A stretch of 64,000 bases of DNA from Methanomassiliicoccaceae archaeon UBA472. GTDB taxonomy: Archaea > Thermoplasmatota > Thermoplasmata > Methanomassiliicoccales > UBA472. Both the position numbers and the translations under genes were made by a program. Below are positions 29,488-37,372 of this stretch, one piece after another. Numbering within the stretch: position 1 is the stretch's first letter; each line of letters starts with the position of its first letter. The stretch is taken from NCBI GenBank assembly GCA_002497075.1, contig DAML01000015.1, positions 110,224 to 174,223 of the forward strand, in the 5' to 3' direction. The notes under the pieces are model-generated. The model ran no database searches. It had not been told where the DNA came from and saw only the letters and a program-made list of their open reading frames with translations.

Positions 29488-30110
29488 GCGTGGCCGCGCT
29501 GATAACCGCCGGAGGGCGCGGGACCAGGATAAAGGAGCTGGGGGTGGAGAAGCCCATGGCGCCGTTGCACGGCCGGCCGATGGTCGACCACGTCCTGGAG
29601 CAGATGATGCTGGTCGATGAGATATCATCCGTTTACGTTTCCATAAGCGACAATGTGCCGAAGACCAGGGATCATCTGAGGAAGTTGGGGGTCAATGTTC
29701 TGGAAACGTCCGGCACGGAGTACTGCCACGACCTCATTCAGGCGGCGGAAGGGATATCTGAAGATCACATATTCATCTGCCCGGCCGACCTGCCGCTGTT
29801 GAGGGCGGAACTGGTCTCCGACGTCGTGAGAGAGTATCTGAAAAGAAAGGAGCAGTCCCTGACCGTCGGCATCCCGTTGGAAAAGGCCTTGGAGTTCGGT
29901 GTGGACGTTACGTTCTACGAGAACGTGGACGGTCGTTCTTTAATTCCCTGCGGCGTTAGCGTGGTCGATCGGAAAAGAATGCTCACCCGGGAATACCTTC
30001 CCGGAAGCTATTTCGTCGCTGATACGCCGGACGTGGCCGTCAACGTCAATACCCCGGACGACCTGAAGAAGGCTGAGAAGGTGCTGCACCAGCGGCTCAC
30101 TTGCCCATGA
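29484..30110 (+). CDS. cobY: Adenosylcobinamide-phosphate guanylyltransferase, archaeal CobY type
   Basis: 208 aa with the nucleotidyltransferase loop LITAGGRGTR. Size and position (after cobS, with a 4-nt overlap) match CobY. Confidence 0.75.
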   Translation: MSVAALITAGGRGTRIKELGVEKPMAPLHGRPMVDHVLEQMMLVDEISSVYVSISDNVPKTRDHLRKLGVNVLETSGTEYCHDLIQAAEGISEDHIFICPADLPLLRAELVSDVVREYLKRKEQSLTVGIPLEKALEFGVDVTFYENVDGRSLIPCGVSVVDRKRMLTREYLPGSYFVADTPDVAVNVNTPDDLKKAEKVLHQRLTCP

Positions 30111-31200
30111 TCCTCATCAGCTGGACGTAGTTCTCTTCCACCTTGGCCAGCATCTGCCCCTTGCCGATCTTTCCCTGAGTGGCCAGGAAGGCCGCCACGG
30201 ATATTCCGCCGGCGCCAACGCCCTCTTTGACCAGCCCCTTCTCGTAGACGTTCAATCCGTCGTACTGGGAGGAGCCGAAATCCAGGTCCGCGGCTAGGAT
30301 GGGAACTTTGCCGATCTGCTTCATTATAGACCGTACGTCCGAGGAGCGGTCGTTCACGATCCACTTGGTGGTGCCTAGGGCTATGTTCGAAAGAACTTTT
30401 GGCGCCAGGCCTTTCACTATGGCCATGACGGCGGCCATCTGCGTACCCCCTGCCATGATGACCGGTATGCTCTCCGCCGCTCCGGCTACGACGCCCGCGG
30501 CGGCGGGCATCATCGGGTCGCCGACGGCCGCGACCGCCTTCAACGGATCGGCCTTCATCTCCTCCTTGCTGAACGGGGAGTTGGAGATGCCCTCCAGAAC
30601 TATTTTTTCCTTAAGCGAATGAGGGTTATCGATCATGGAGCTGGAAACCTTGCCCTGGCCGTCGTATCCCATTGCCAGAAGCACGGCCAGAGCGGTGGTC
30701 GTCCCGCCGGCGATGCTCTCCCCTATGACCAGGTACTCGCTGTTCTTGGCCATCTCCCTACCTAGAAGCACACCGTTCTCGTACACCCGGCGGGGGTCCT
30801 TGAGCGCCCTTCCGGTGCGGATGTCCTCGCCTGGGACGCCCTCCAGCTCGAAGTAGGGAGTGTGCGGTCTAACGTTAACGCCTCCGTTTATGGCGAAGGT
30901 GGGCATGGACACCAATTGCAGGGCGCTCATGGTGATGATGCCGGGGGTCGGTACGCCGGTCGGGGTAACCGGAACCCCGTCGATGCACTTGCATCGTCCG
31001 TAGTGAAGCAGTTCTACGTCAGCCGCGGGTGTGAAGTCGGTGATCTCCGGCACCGCCCCGGCGGCGGACACGCCCGGGATCTTCGCAGTTTCCGTGTTCC
31101 CGATGACCACGGCGTAGGTCGGGCGCTTGCCCCAGACCTTTTCAACGAACTTCCTTCCCGCCTGCTCCTCGAACGCGTAAATGATGTCCGCCTTGTGCAT
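30097..31200 (-). CDS. cobT: Archaeal-type nicotinate-nucleotide:dimethylbenzimidazole phosphoribosyltransferase (CobT homologue, UPF0284 family)
   Basis: 367 aa. It has VIGNTETAKIPGVSAAG and GESIAGGTTTA, patterns typical of the archaeal CobT family. Confidence 0.8.
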   Translation of the reverse strand: MHKADIIYAFEEQAGRKFVEKVWGKRPTYAVVIGNTETAKIPGVSAAGAVPEITDFTPAADVELLHYGRCKCIDGVPVTPTGVPTPGIITMSALQLVSMPTFAINGGVNVRPHTPYFELEGVPGEDIRTGRALKDPRRVYENGVLLGREMAKNSEYLVIGESIAGGTTTALAVLLAMGYDGQGKVSSSMIDNPHSLKEKIVLEGISNSPFSKEEMKADPLKAVAAVGDPMMPAAAGVVAGAAESIPVIMAGGTQMAAVMAIVKGLAPKVLSNIALGTTKWIVNDRSSDVRSIMKQIGKVPILAADLDFGSSQYDGLNVYEKGLVKEGVGAGGISVAAFLATQGKIGKGQMLAKVEENYVQLMRIMGK

Positions 31201-31233
31201 GATGAGGACCTCTGGATTCGATGCAACTATTCA

Positions 31234-31250
31234 TTGGTTGTATCATCCAA
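31234..31250 (-). promoter_or_regulatory. Palindromic candidate operator S4 (gene-oriented TTGGATGATACAACCAA) upstream of cobT
   Basis: It lies 34-50 nt upstream of the cobT ATG (31200). A TATA-like TTAAATAT (reverse complement of 31266-31273) lies about 20 bp further upstream. Confidence 0.6.
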
Positions 31251-31306
31251 CTCAACGCGAAGATGATATTTAACTTATTGCCGAAAGCAGAAAAATCATG
31301 AAGGGT

Positions 31307-32356
31307 TCAATCCTCGAGGATGATGTCCAGGAGCGTTCCGAGCGGAGCGTTCTCCCCGCCGTTCTCGTGGAACCCGTTCGTACCTTTTCCTTTCCACTGA
31401 CCCCCGCAGACGGCGTAAGGGACCTTCATGCACATGTGCTCCCCGGTGAGCGATGACGCGCCGTGATCGATCAGCAGAGCCACCCGGCATTCCCGGAAGC
31501 GCTTCTCGTAACGTAGAAGCTCCCTGTCTATCTCCTCGATCAGCTTCAGCTTGTTCTTGGGATTGCACTTGTGGCTGATGTCGTCCGTCTCCTCGATGTG
31601 CAGGAAGGCGTCGTTCCTGTCCAGGACCTGCGCGGCAACTTTGATCCCTTCCTTGAAACCGGGGACGCGCATCGTTTCCATGCCCAGGAACTTGCCCACG
31701 CCCAGGGCGGAAGGGCTCTTGGATATGACCGTTAGATCGGGAACCTTGGATATCTGCCGGCGGACGTCTACGGCCACTTTGCCAAGACCTCCGCCCCAGG
31801 GCAGGAGGGCTATTCCGCCGGTGCTCTCGCGAACGCCCTTGGCGAAATTCAGGAAGGGGCCGAGGTCCTCGGAGCTGATGCGGGCCGGACCGGGCGGCTT
31901 CGGCAGGTCGAGTATCTCATCGCCCTTTATCGTCAGGACGCCTTTTCCGCCGTGGTACGCTAGGATCTTGGGGTCCATGTCCGAGAGCTTGGAGCGGTTC
32001 TTGATTATGGCCCGCTGCAGGAACATCTCCTCGTCGCAGGTGATGTTGTAGTACCATTCCACGTGGTGGTCGTGGACCTTGGCCGGGGTCATGCGGTAGG
32101 CGACACGGCCTTCGCCGATAGGCAGTTCCAGGCCGTACGCCTCGATGACTCCCCGCGGAATGTCATAAGGCTTGCCAGTGAGGAGCTCTAAAAGGAACGT
32201 GTGGGTGTAGTCCTTCCCGTCGGTGGTGCCGACCTTCCCGTCGCGTGCCACGCTGTCCATGAAATCCTTGCGGGCCGCCTCCAGGGGGGTGCGGTTGTTG
32301 AATATCGAGATGCGCTCGTCGGCCGCGCCGTCCAGCAGGATGATTAGGTTCCTCAT
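31307..32356 (-). CDS. ApgM-like metalloenzyme (alkaline-phosphatase superfamily, cofactor-independent phosphoglycerate mutase-related), atypical
   Basis: 349 aa. It has the N-terminal IILLDGAAD ... RTPLEAARKDFMDSVARDG and C-terminal metal-ligand-like blocks (HIEETDDISH, LLIDHGAS, GEHMCMKVP). It is shorter than typical ApgM, and the position of the expected nucleophile reads GKDYTH. Confidence 0.65.
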   Translation of the reverse strand: MRNLIILLDGAADERISIFNNRTPLEAARKDFMDSVARDGKVGTTDGKDYTHTFLLELLTGKPYDIPRGVIEAYGLELPIGEGRVAYRMTPAKVHDHHVEWYYNITCDEEMFLQRAIIKNRSKLSDMDPKILAYHGGKGVLTIKGDEILDLPKPPGPARISSEDLGPFLNFAKGVRESTGGIALLPWGGGLGKVAVDVRRQISKVPDLTVISKSPSALGVGKFLGMETMRVPGFKEGIKVAAQVLDRNDAFLHIEETDDISHKCNPKNKLKLIEEIDRELLRYEKRFRECRVALLIDHGASSLTGEHMCMKVPYAVCGGQWKGKGTNGFHENGGENAPLGTLLDIILED

Positions 32357-32401
32357 TTAACAGGCCTGACGCTTCCGAATGGCCTTGGCCATATAATATC
32401 T

Positions 32402-32418
32402 GTTGGTCGTATCGTCCA
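32402..32418 (-). promoter_or_regulatory. Palindromic candidate operator S5 (gene-oriented TTGGACGATACGACCAA) upstream of the ApgM-like gene
   Basis: It lies 46-62 nt upstream of ATG 32356. AT-rich boxes sit on both sides: AATAAATT (reverse complement of 32430-32437) and the ATATTATATG region (reverse complement of 32389-32400). Confidence 0.55.
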
Positions 32419-32461
32419 ACTGCGGGCATCAATTTATTCCTCAGGTCCCATTTGCTCAGGC

Positions 32462-32971
32462 ATGGCAGGCTCAGATGACCATGGGCCGTACGAACAACGA
32501 GTCGGATTGCCTCCGATCGTCGGCGAAGCTCCCAGGGTCCTCGTCCTGGGAACGATCCCGAGCGTCCAGTCGGCTTTGAGGAGGGAGTATTATGGAAACC
32601 CAAGGAACCAGTTCTGGAGGTTGGTCTATGGCATTTATGGCGATGATCCGTCCGATATCTACAATGGGCGAACAAGTTTCCTCATGGCCAAGCGAATCGC
32701 AGTCTGGGACGTGTTCAAGGGATGCAACATAATCGGCAGCAAGGACTCGACCATCAAGGACGGGATCTATAATGACGTCCAGGGGTTCCTGGACGCTCAC
32801 GACAGCATTGCGCACGTCTTCTTGAACGGCGGGAAGGCCCAGGCGCATTATCAAAAAATGGGTGTTGTCAAGAACGGGCGTTCATTTCCGGCAACGAAAT
32901 TACCATCCTCTTCGCCGCTGCATACCATCCCATTTGAGAGGAAGCTCAGGGAGTGGTCCGCGCTGAGGTAG
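32462..32971 (+). CDS. Uracil-DNA glycosylase superfamily protein, family-6-like (hypoxanthine/deoxyinosine DNA glycosylase)
   Basis: 169 aa. It has the VLVLGTIPSVQS ... EYYGNPRNQFW pattern and a size typical of this small UDG family. Confidence 0.65.
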   Translation: MAGSDDHGPYEQRVGLPPIVGEAPRVLVLGTIPSVQSALRREYYGNPRNQFWRLVYGIYGDDPSDIYNGRTSFLMAKRIAVWDVFKGCNIIGSKDSTIKDGIYNDVQGFLDAHDSIAHVFLNGGKAQAHYQKMGVVKNGRSFPATKLPSSSPLHTIPFERKLREWSALR

Positions 32972-32995
32972 GCCGTTGAAGGGTCAAACCTAAAA

Positions 32996-35191
32996 TCATA
33001 GCCGTGAAAGCGCCACCGCGCACTGCCCGGTGGATATGCACCCGTCCCCGTTCGGCGTGAGGTCGTGACAGACGAACTTCAGTCCGCGGGCCTCCACAAG
33101 TTCCTTGGCCCAGGCCGATATGGCCCGGTTGTAGCTGACGCCGCCGCTGAGGCCGACGTGCCCGATCCCCTCGTCCTCGGCCTTTTCTGACGCTATATCC
33201 ACCAGCCCGCGGACCATGGCGTAGGTCATGCTTCCCGCCCGGTCGGCCTTTCCGCCGCGGACGTCCATCATGTGCCGGAACATGGCCGGGGTGTCGATGA
33301 TGTTCCCGTGACGAACGGTAGGAACCAGGTCCAATTGACGAGCCTCGTTGAGCCACTTCTCCAGCTTCATGGCCGGCTCGCCATCATAGCTTCGATACTG
33401 GCAGATGTCAAGGTAACAGGAAATTCCGTCCAATACTCTGCCGAAGGACGTGCTCAGGCCGGAACGGGGCATCATCTTGCGGAACAGCTCCCGTTCGTTC
33501 TCGTTGAAGTAATCCAGTCCGCCGCCGGTCATCTCCGCCAGGGCGAAGGCGATCCGGCGGACGTCGTAAACGGCCTTCTCCCCGCCCAGCAGCGGCACCT
33601 CCTTCAGATGCCCTACCCGGCGGTACTCCTTCAGGTTGGAAAGCAGCACCTCTCCGCCCCAGGCCACGCCATCGTCCCCGTAGCCGGTGCCGTCGATGGT
33701 GATCGCCACCATCTCTTCCAGTTTCGACTCGACCAGCAATGCGGCGGCGTGCGCGTGATGGTGCTGCACCTCCACCGGTTCGATGCCGCTCTCCTCCGCC
33801 CACCGTTTTGCCAGCCGCCTGGTGGAATGACCGGGATGCATGTCCATTCCTATGGCGTCCAGCCGGTCCGCGCCGAGGAGCCGCCTCAGATACTTCAGGC
33901 TCTCCTCCAGGAACTCCAGGACCCCGGGGGACGTAGCGTCGCCGATGTACTGCGTGGCGTAGAGGCGTCTTTCGAACGACAGCGCCCCGGCCAATCCCTC
34001 CTGGGCCCCGACGCCTACCGCCACCCCGTCCAGAGGGAGGTCGATGTGCGAGGGTATATGCCCTCTCGATCTGCGAATGTAGTAGGTCTTGTCCAGGAAA
34101 GAACGGACGACAGAATCGTCACAGCGGTTGACTATATCCCGGTCGTGCATGAGGTACATGTCCGCTCCCAGGGTTAGAGCGTCCGATTCCCGCAGCACCA
34201 TCGGTTCGCCCGGTACGTTCGCCGACGTCATGACCAGGGCGTCCTCCTTCAGGTGATGGAACAGCAGGTGCTGCATCGACGTATATGGAAGGAAAACGCC
34301 GATGGTGTCCAGGCCGGGCGCCACCAGTTCCGTTATTTCGTTTTCCATCTTCGGCACCAGCACTATCGGCCGGTGGCTGGAGGTGAGCAGCTCGATGTCG
34401 TGAGCGGAAGGTCTTCCGTAACGCTCCAATGCCCTGAGGTCACGGACCATTATGGCGAACGGTTTTTCTTTTCGGCGGTACCACTCGCGCATGTGCGCGA
34501 GCTGGTCCAGGGTGCAGCACAGGTGCATCCCGCCCCAGCTCTTGGCCACGCCGATCCGGCCCTCGTGCAAGCGGGACGCGAACTTGGCTATCGGCCGCTC
34601 GTCGTCACGCTTACCGTGGCGGTCCAAGAGATAATAGCGGGGGCCGCATACCGGGCAGGTCACCGTCTGGTGATGGAAGCGCCTATCGTCCGGATCGCCG
34701 TACTCCTTCTGGCACTCCGGGCACAGCGGGAACGGGCGCATGGACGTCTTCTCACGGTCGTACGGCAGGTCCTCGATGACCGTGAATCGCGCGCCGCAGT
34801 CCGTGCAATTGGTGAAGGGGTAAAGATAACGTCTGTCGGAAGGATCGAACATCTCCTTCAGGCAGGAGTCGCAGACGGCCGTGTCGTTAGGTATCCCGAC
34901 GCCCCTGGTCCCCTGCTGGCTCGGGACGATCCTGAATCCCATGGCCTTCAGTTCAGCGTCGGATATGCCCGGGGAGATGACCACCTCGTCCAGACGGGCC
35001 AGGGGCGGCAGCGTCTTTTTCAGTCGGCGAACGAACTCCTCAGCGTCCCCGTCCACTTCGATAACAACGTTGGAACCGTTGTTCTGCACGTATCCGTGAA
35101 GGTCCATGGACCTCGCCAGGCGGTGAACGGTCGGCCGGAAACCGACCCCCTGGACCACACCCCGCACGGTTATGCGCATGCCCCTTTCCAT
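32996..35191 (-). CDS. hypF: [NiFe]-hydrogenase maturation carbamoyltransferase HypF
   Basis: 731 aa. It has an acylphosphatase domain (VRGVVQGVGFRP) and two zinc-finger pairs (CDSC...CTDC; CPEC...CPVC), followed by YrdC-like and Kae1-like domains. ATG 35179 (MRITVRG...) is an alternative and perhaps better start. Confidence 0.95.
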   Translation of the reverse strand: MERGMRITVRGVVQGVGFRPTVHRLARSMDLHGYVQNNGSNVVIEVDGDAEEFVRRLKKTLPPLARLDEVVISPGISDAELKAMGFRIVPSQQGTRGVGIPNDTAVCDSCLKEMFDPSDRRYLYPFTNCTDCGARFTVIEDLPYDREKTSMRPFPLCPECQKEYGDPDDRRFHHQTVTCPVCGPRYYLLDRHGKRDDERPIAKFASRLHEGRIGVAKSWGGMHLCCTLDQLAHMREWYRRKEKPFAIMVRDLRALERYGRPSAHDIELLTSSHRPIVLVPKMENEITELVAPGLDTIGVFLPYTSMQHLLFHHLKEDALVMTSANVPGEPMVLRESDALTLGADMYLMHDRDIVNRCDDSVVRSFLDKTYYIRRSRGHIPSHIDLPLDGVAVGVGAQEGLAGALSFERRLYATQYIGDATSPGVLEFLEESLKYLRRLLGADRLDAIGMDMHPGHSTRRLAKRWAEESGIEPVEVQHHHAHAAALLVESKLEEMVAITIDGTGYGDDGVAWGGEVLLSNLKEYRRVGHLKEVPLLGGEKAVYDVRRIAFALAEMTGGGLDYFNENERELFRKMMPRSGLSTSFGRVLDGISCYLDICQYRSYDGEPAMKLEKWLNEARQLDLVPTVRHGNIIDTPAMFRHMMDVRGGKADRAGSMTYAMVRGLVDIASEKAEDEGIGHVGLSGGVSYNRAISAWAKELVEARGLKFVCHDLTPNGDGCISTGQCAVALSRL

Positions 35192-35198
35192 CCAGCCC

Positions 35199-35247
35199 CG
35201 GATATTTATTCCTTGTCAGTGCCTATCGCAAGAGGAATAAATATCCG
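35199..35247. promoter_or_regulatory. Perfect 15-bp inverted repeat (CGGATATTTATTCCT / AGGAATAAATATCCG, 19-nt spacer) in the hypF-gcvH divergent region
   Basis: The arms at 35199-35213 and 35233-35247 are exact reverse complements. Each arm has an AT-rich TATA-like core about 27-32 nt from the ATG it faces. Confidence 0.6.
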
Positions 35248-35271
35248 TAAACCGTTCTTAAGGGGGATATC

Positions 35272-35655
35272 ATGAGCGAGGTACCAGAGGGACTCCACTA
35301 TACCAAGGACCACGAATGGGCTCAGGTAGACGGCGACGTAGCCACCGTGGGCATCACCGACCACGCCCAGGGCGAGCTCACTGAGTTCGTCTACGTCCAG
35401 CTGCCGAAGAAAGGGACGAAGCTCAATAAGGGCGACGTGCTGGCGGTGGTGGAGAGCGTCAAGAACACCGCCGACGTTTACGCGGCGGTCTCCGGCGAGG
35501 TCATCGACGTCAACGGACCGTTGGACGACGATCCGTCCCAGATCAACAAGTCCCCCTACGGGAGGGGATGGATCGCCAGGATAAAGATGTCCGATAACGG
35601 CGAACTGTCCAAGCTCATGGACGCTTCCGCCTACAGGAAGCACATCGGCGAGTGA
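35272..35655 (+). CDS. gcvH: Glycine cleavage system H protein (lipoyl carrier)
   Basis: 127 aa. It has HEWA, GITDHAQ and the lipoyl-lysine motif VESVKNTADVYA. Confidence 0.9.
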   Translation: MSEVPEGLHYTKDHEWAQVDGDVATVGITDHAQGELTEFVYVQLPKKGTKLNKGDVLAVVESVKNTADVYAAVSGEVIDVNGPLDDDPSQINKSPYGRGWIARIKMSDNGELSKLMDASAYRKHIGE

Positions 35656-35656
35656 C

Positions 35657-35887
35657 TCAGTAGTCCAGATAGATGTTGTGGGCCTGGCATTCAGCCCGCA
35701 GCCGTTCCACGAAGGCGTCCTCGTCCTGCAGCAGTACCTTCACCGCCGCCCAGGTCTGGGTGCAGTCCTTGTACTTCACGCCGGCCATCTCGTGGATTAT
35801 CATGTCGACCCGTTTGCGGTTGTCGATATCGATCTGCAGCCCGGCCCTCCTGAAAACAGCGTCTAGGTGCCGGAAATAGCAGGTCAT
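35657..35887 (-). CDS. Small conserved hypothetical protein
   Basis: 76-aa ORF (MTCYFRHLDAVFRRAGLQIDIDNRKRVDMIIHEMAGVKYKDC...) with normal composition. It fills the gap between gcvH and bcp. No family is recognised with confidence. Confidence 0.5.
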   Translation of the reverse strand: MTCYFRHLDAVFRRAGLQIDIDNRKRVDMIIHEMAGVKYKDCTQTWAAVKVLLQDEDAFVERLRAECQAHNIYLDY

Positions 35888-35975
35888 GGCAAATAGTATG
35901 TCCGTATTGGGAATAAAAATCTTTCAGTCCCGGTCCCCAAACCATTAATTACGACACAGCCGCCATCTTTCCCGC

Positions 35976-36431
35976 ATGAAAGGCAAGCTTCAGGAGGGCG
36001 ACGCCGCTCCCGATTTCTCCCTGCCAGATCAGGACAATAGGATCGTCAGCTCGAACGACATCAAGGGAAGGAAGGCCCTGGTGCTCTACTTCTATCCGGC
36101 CGACTTCACCAAGGTGTGCACCATGGAAGCGGTCGCGTTCAGGCAGATGCACGAGCAGTTCCAGGCAGCCGGGGCCGAGGTCATCGGCGTCTCGTCCGAT
36201 GACGTCAGGACGCACAAGGAGTTCGCGGTGGACCACGAGCTTACGTTCACGTTGCTCAGCGATGAGAAGCAAGAGCTGAGAAAAGCGTTCGGAGCGTACG
36301 GCATCGGCGGAACCCCGGCGCGCACCACATACGTCATCGACCGGGACTGGAAGATACGCATGGTCTACAACTCCCCGCTGCGCTCCAAGGAGCACGCCGA
36401 GGAAGCGATGAAAGCGATCCGGGCGCTCTGA
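35976..36431 (+). CDS. bcp: Peroxiredoxin, Bcp-type thiol peroxidase
   Basis: 151 aa. It has an AhpC/TSA pattern with the peroxidatic Cys region FYPADFTKVCTME. Confidence 0.85.
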   Translation: MKGKLQEGDAAPDFSLPDQDNRIVSSNDIKGRKALVLYFYPADFTKVCTMEAVAFRQMHEQFQAAGAEVIGVSSDDVRTHKEFAVDHELTFTLLSDEKQELRKAFGAYGIGGTPARTTYVIDRDWKIRMVYNSPLRSKEHAEEAMKAIRAL

Positions 36432-37217
36432 TCAAGCACCCGCGTCAGCGAGGACGCTGCCGCAGGCGCACTTCTTCCGTTCCTCCGGGATCTTCGGGAT
36501 GGTGGCGGAGAGCAGCTTGCGGATCTTGTCCATGTTCTCGGCCATCGTCCGTAAGATGGTGGCGGTGTCCACCGGGTGGTCGGCCCACACGTCATAATCG
36601 GTGATCATGGCCAGGCTCATGTAGCACATCTCCATCTCCCGGGCCAGGGCGCATTCCGGCGCTAAGGTCATTCCGATCACGTCGGCGAAGGCCCGGTACA
36701 TCTTGCTTTCCGCCCGCGTGGAAAACCTGGGACCTTCTATGCAGACATATGTTCCGCCGTTGTGAACCGGGACCTTGGCCTTCTTGGCCTCTTTGGCGAA
36801 GAGGGCGTTCATCTCCGGGCAGAAGGGGTCGGCCGCCCCGATGTGCACCGTTTTCGGTCCATCGAAGAAGGTGTACTTACGGGACTTAGTGAAATCGATG
36901 AACTGGTCCACCAGAACGATCTCCCCGGGCTTGAACTCCTCCTGCAGGGAGCCGACGGCGCAGGGCGAGATTATTCTTTCCACACCAAGCTGCTTCAGGG
37001 CGTAGATGTTGGCGCGGTAGTTGATCATGTGCGGCGGTATGACATGTCCGCGGCCGTGCCTGGGCAGGAAGGCTACCGGGACTCCTTTGAGCTCCCCGAC
37101 CTGGATCTCGTCCGAGGCCGGTCCGTACGGGGTGTGCGGGCGAACGGTCTCCTTGAGCTCGAACATCTTGGGGTCGTAGACCCCGGTCCCACCGATTATG
37201 CCTATCCTTGCCTTCAT
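36432..37217 (-). CDS. mtnP: S-methyl-5'-thioadenosine phosphorylase
   Basis: 261 aa. It has the N-terminal IGIIGGTGVYDP and the PNP family-2/MTAP pattern (FLPRHGRGH, MTLAPE). Confidence 0.88.
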   Translation of the reverse strand: MKARIGIIGGTGVYDPKMFELKETVRPHTPYGPASDEIQVGELKGVPVAFLPRHGRGHVIPPHMINYRANIYALKQLGVERIISPCAVGSLQEEFKPGEIVLVDQFIDFTKSRKYTFFDGPKTVHIGAADPFCPEMNALFAKEAKKAKVPVHNGGTYVCIEGPRFSTRAESKMYRAFADVIGMTLAPECALAREMEMCYMSLAMITDYDVWADHPVDTATILRTMAENMDKIRKLLSATIPKIPEERKKCACGSVLADAGA

Positions 37218-37372
37218 GGTGCTCCTGCCGGATAATTCACTGAAGAATAATAAATTGACCGTATGTGGCCGCGCTATGCTGGATGGATTAACACCGTAAA
37301 CCTTCCAAGGTGGCGAACCATGGTACCAAACCTTATTTTATATCTATCAAAATCTCGGCATGGGAGTTCACT

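Noticed and set aside
18701-32418. The five palindromes as copies of a MITE or other mobile repeat
   Set aside because: Only 17-19 bp are shared, and the flanks are unrelated. There are no target-site duplications or terminal repeats. All copies sit at fixed distances from TATA-like boxes of functionally related genes.
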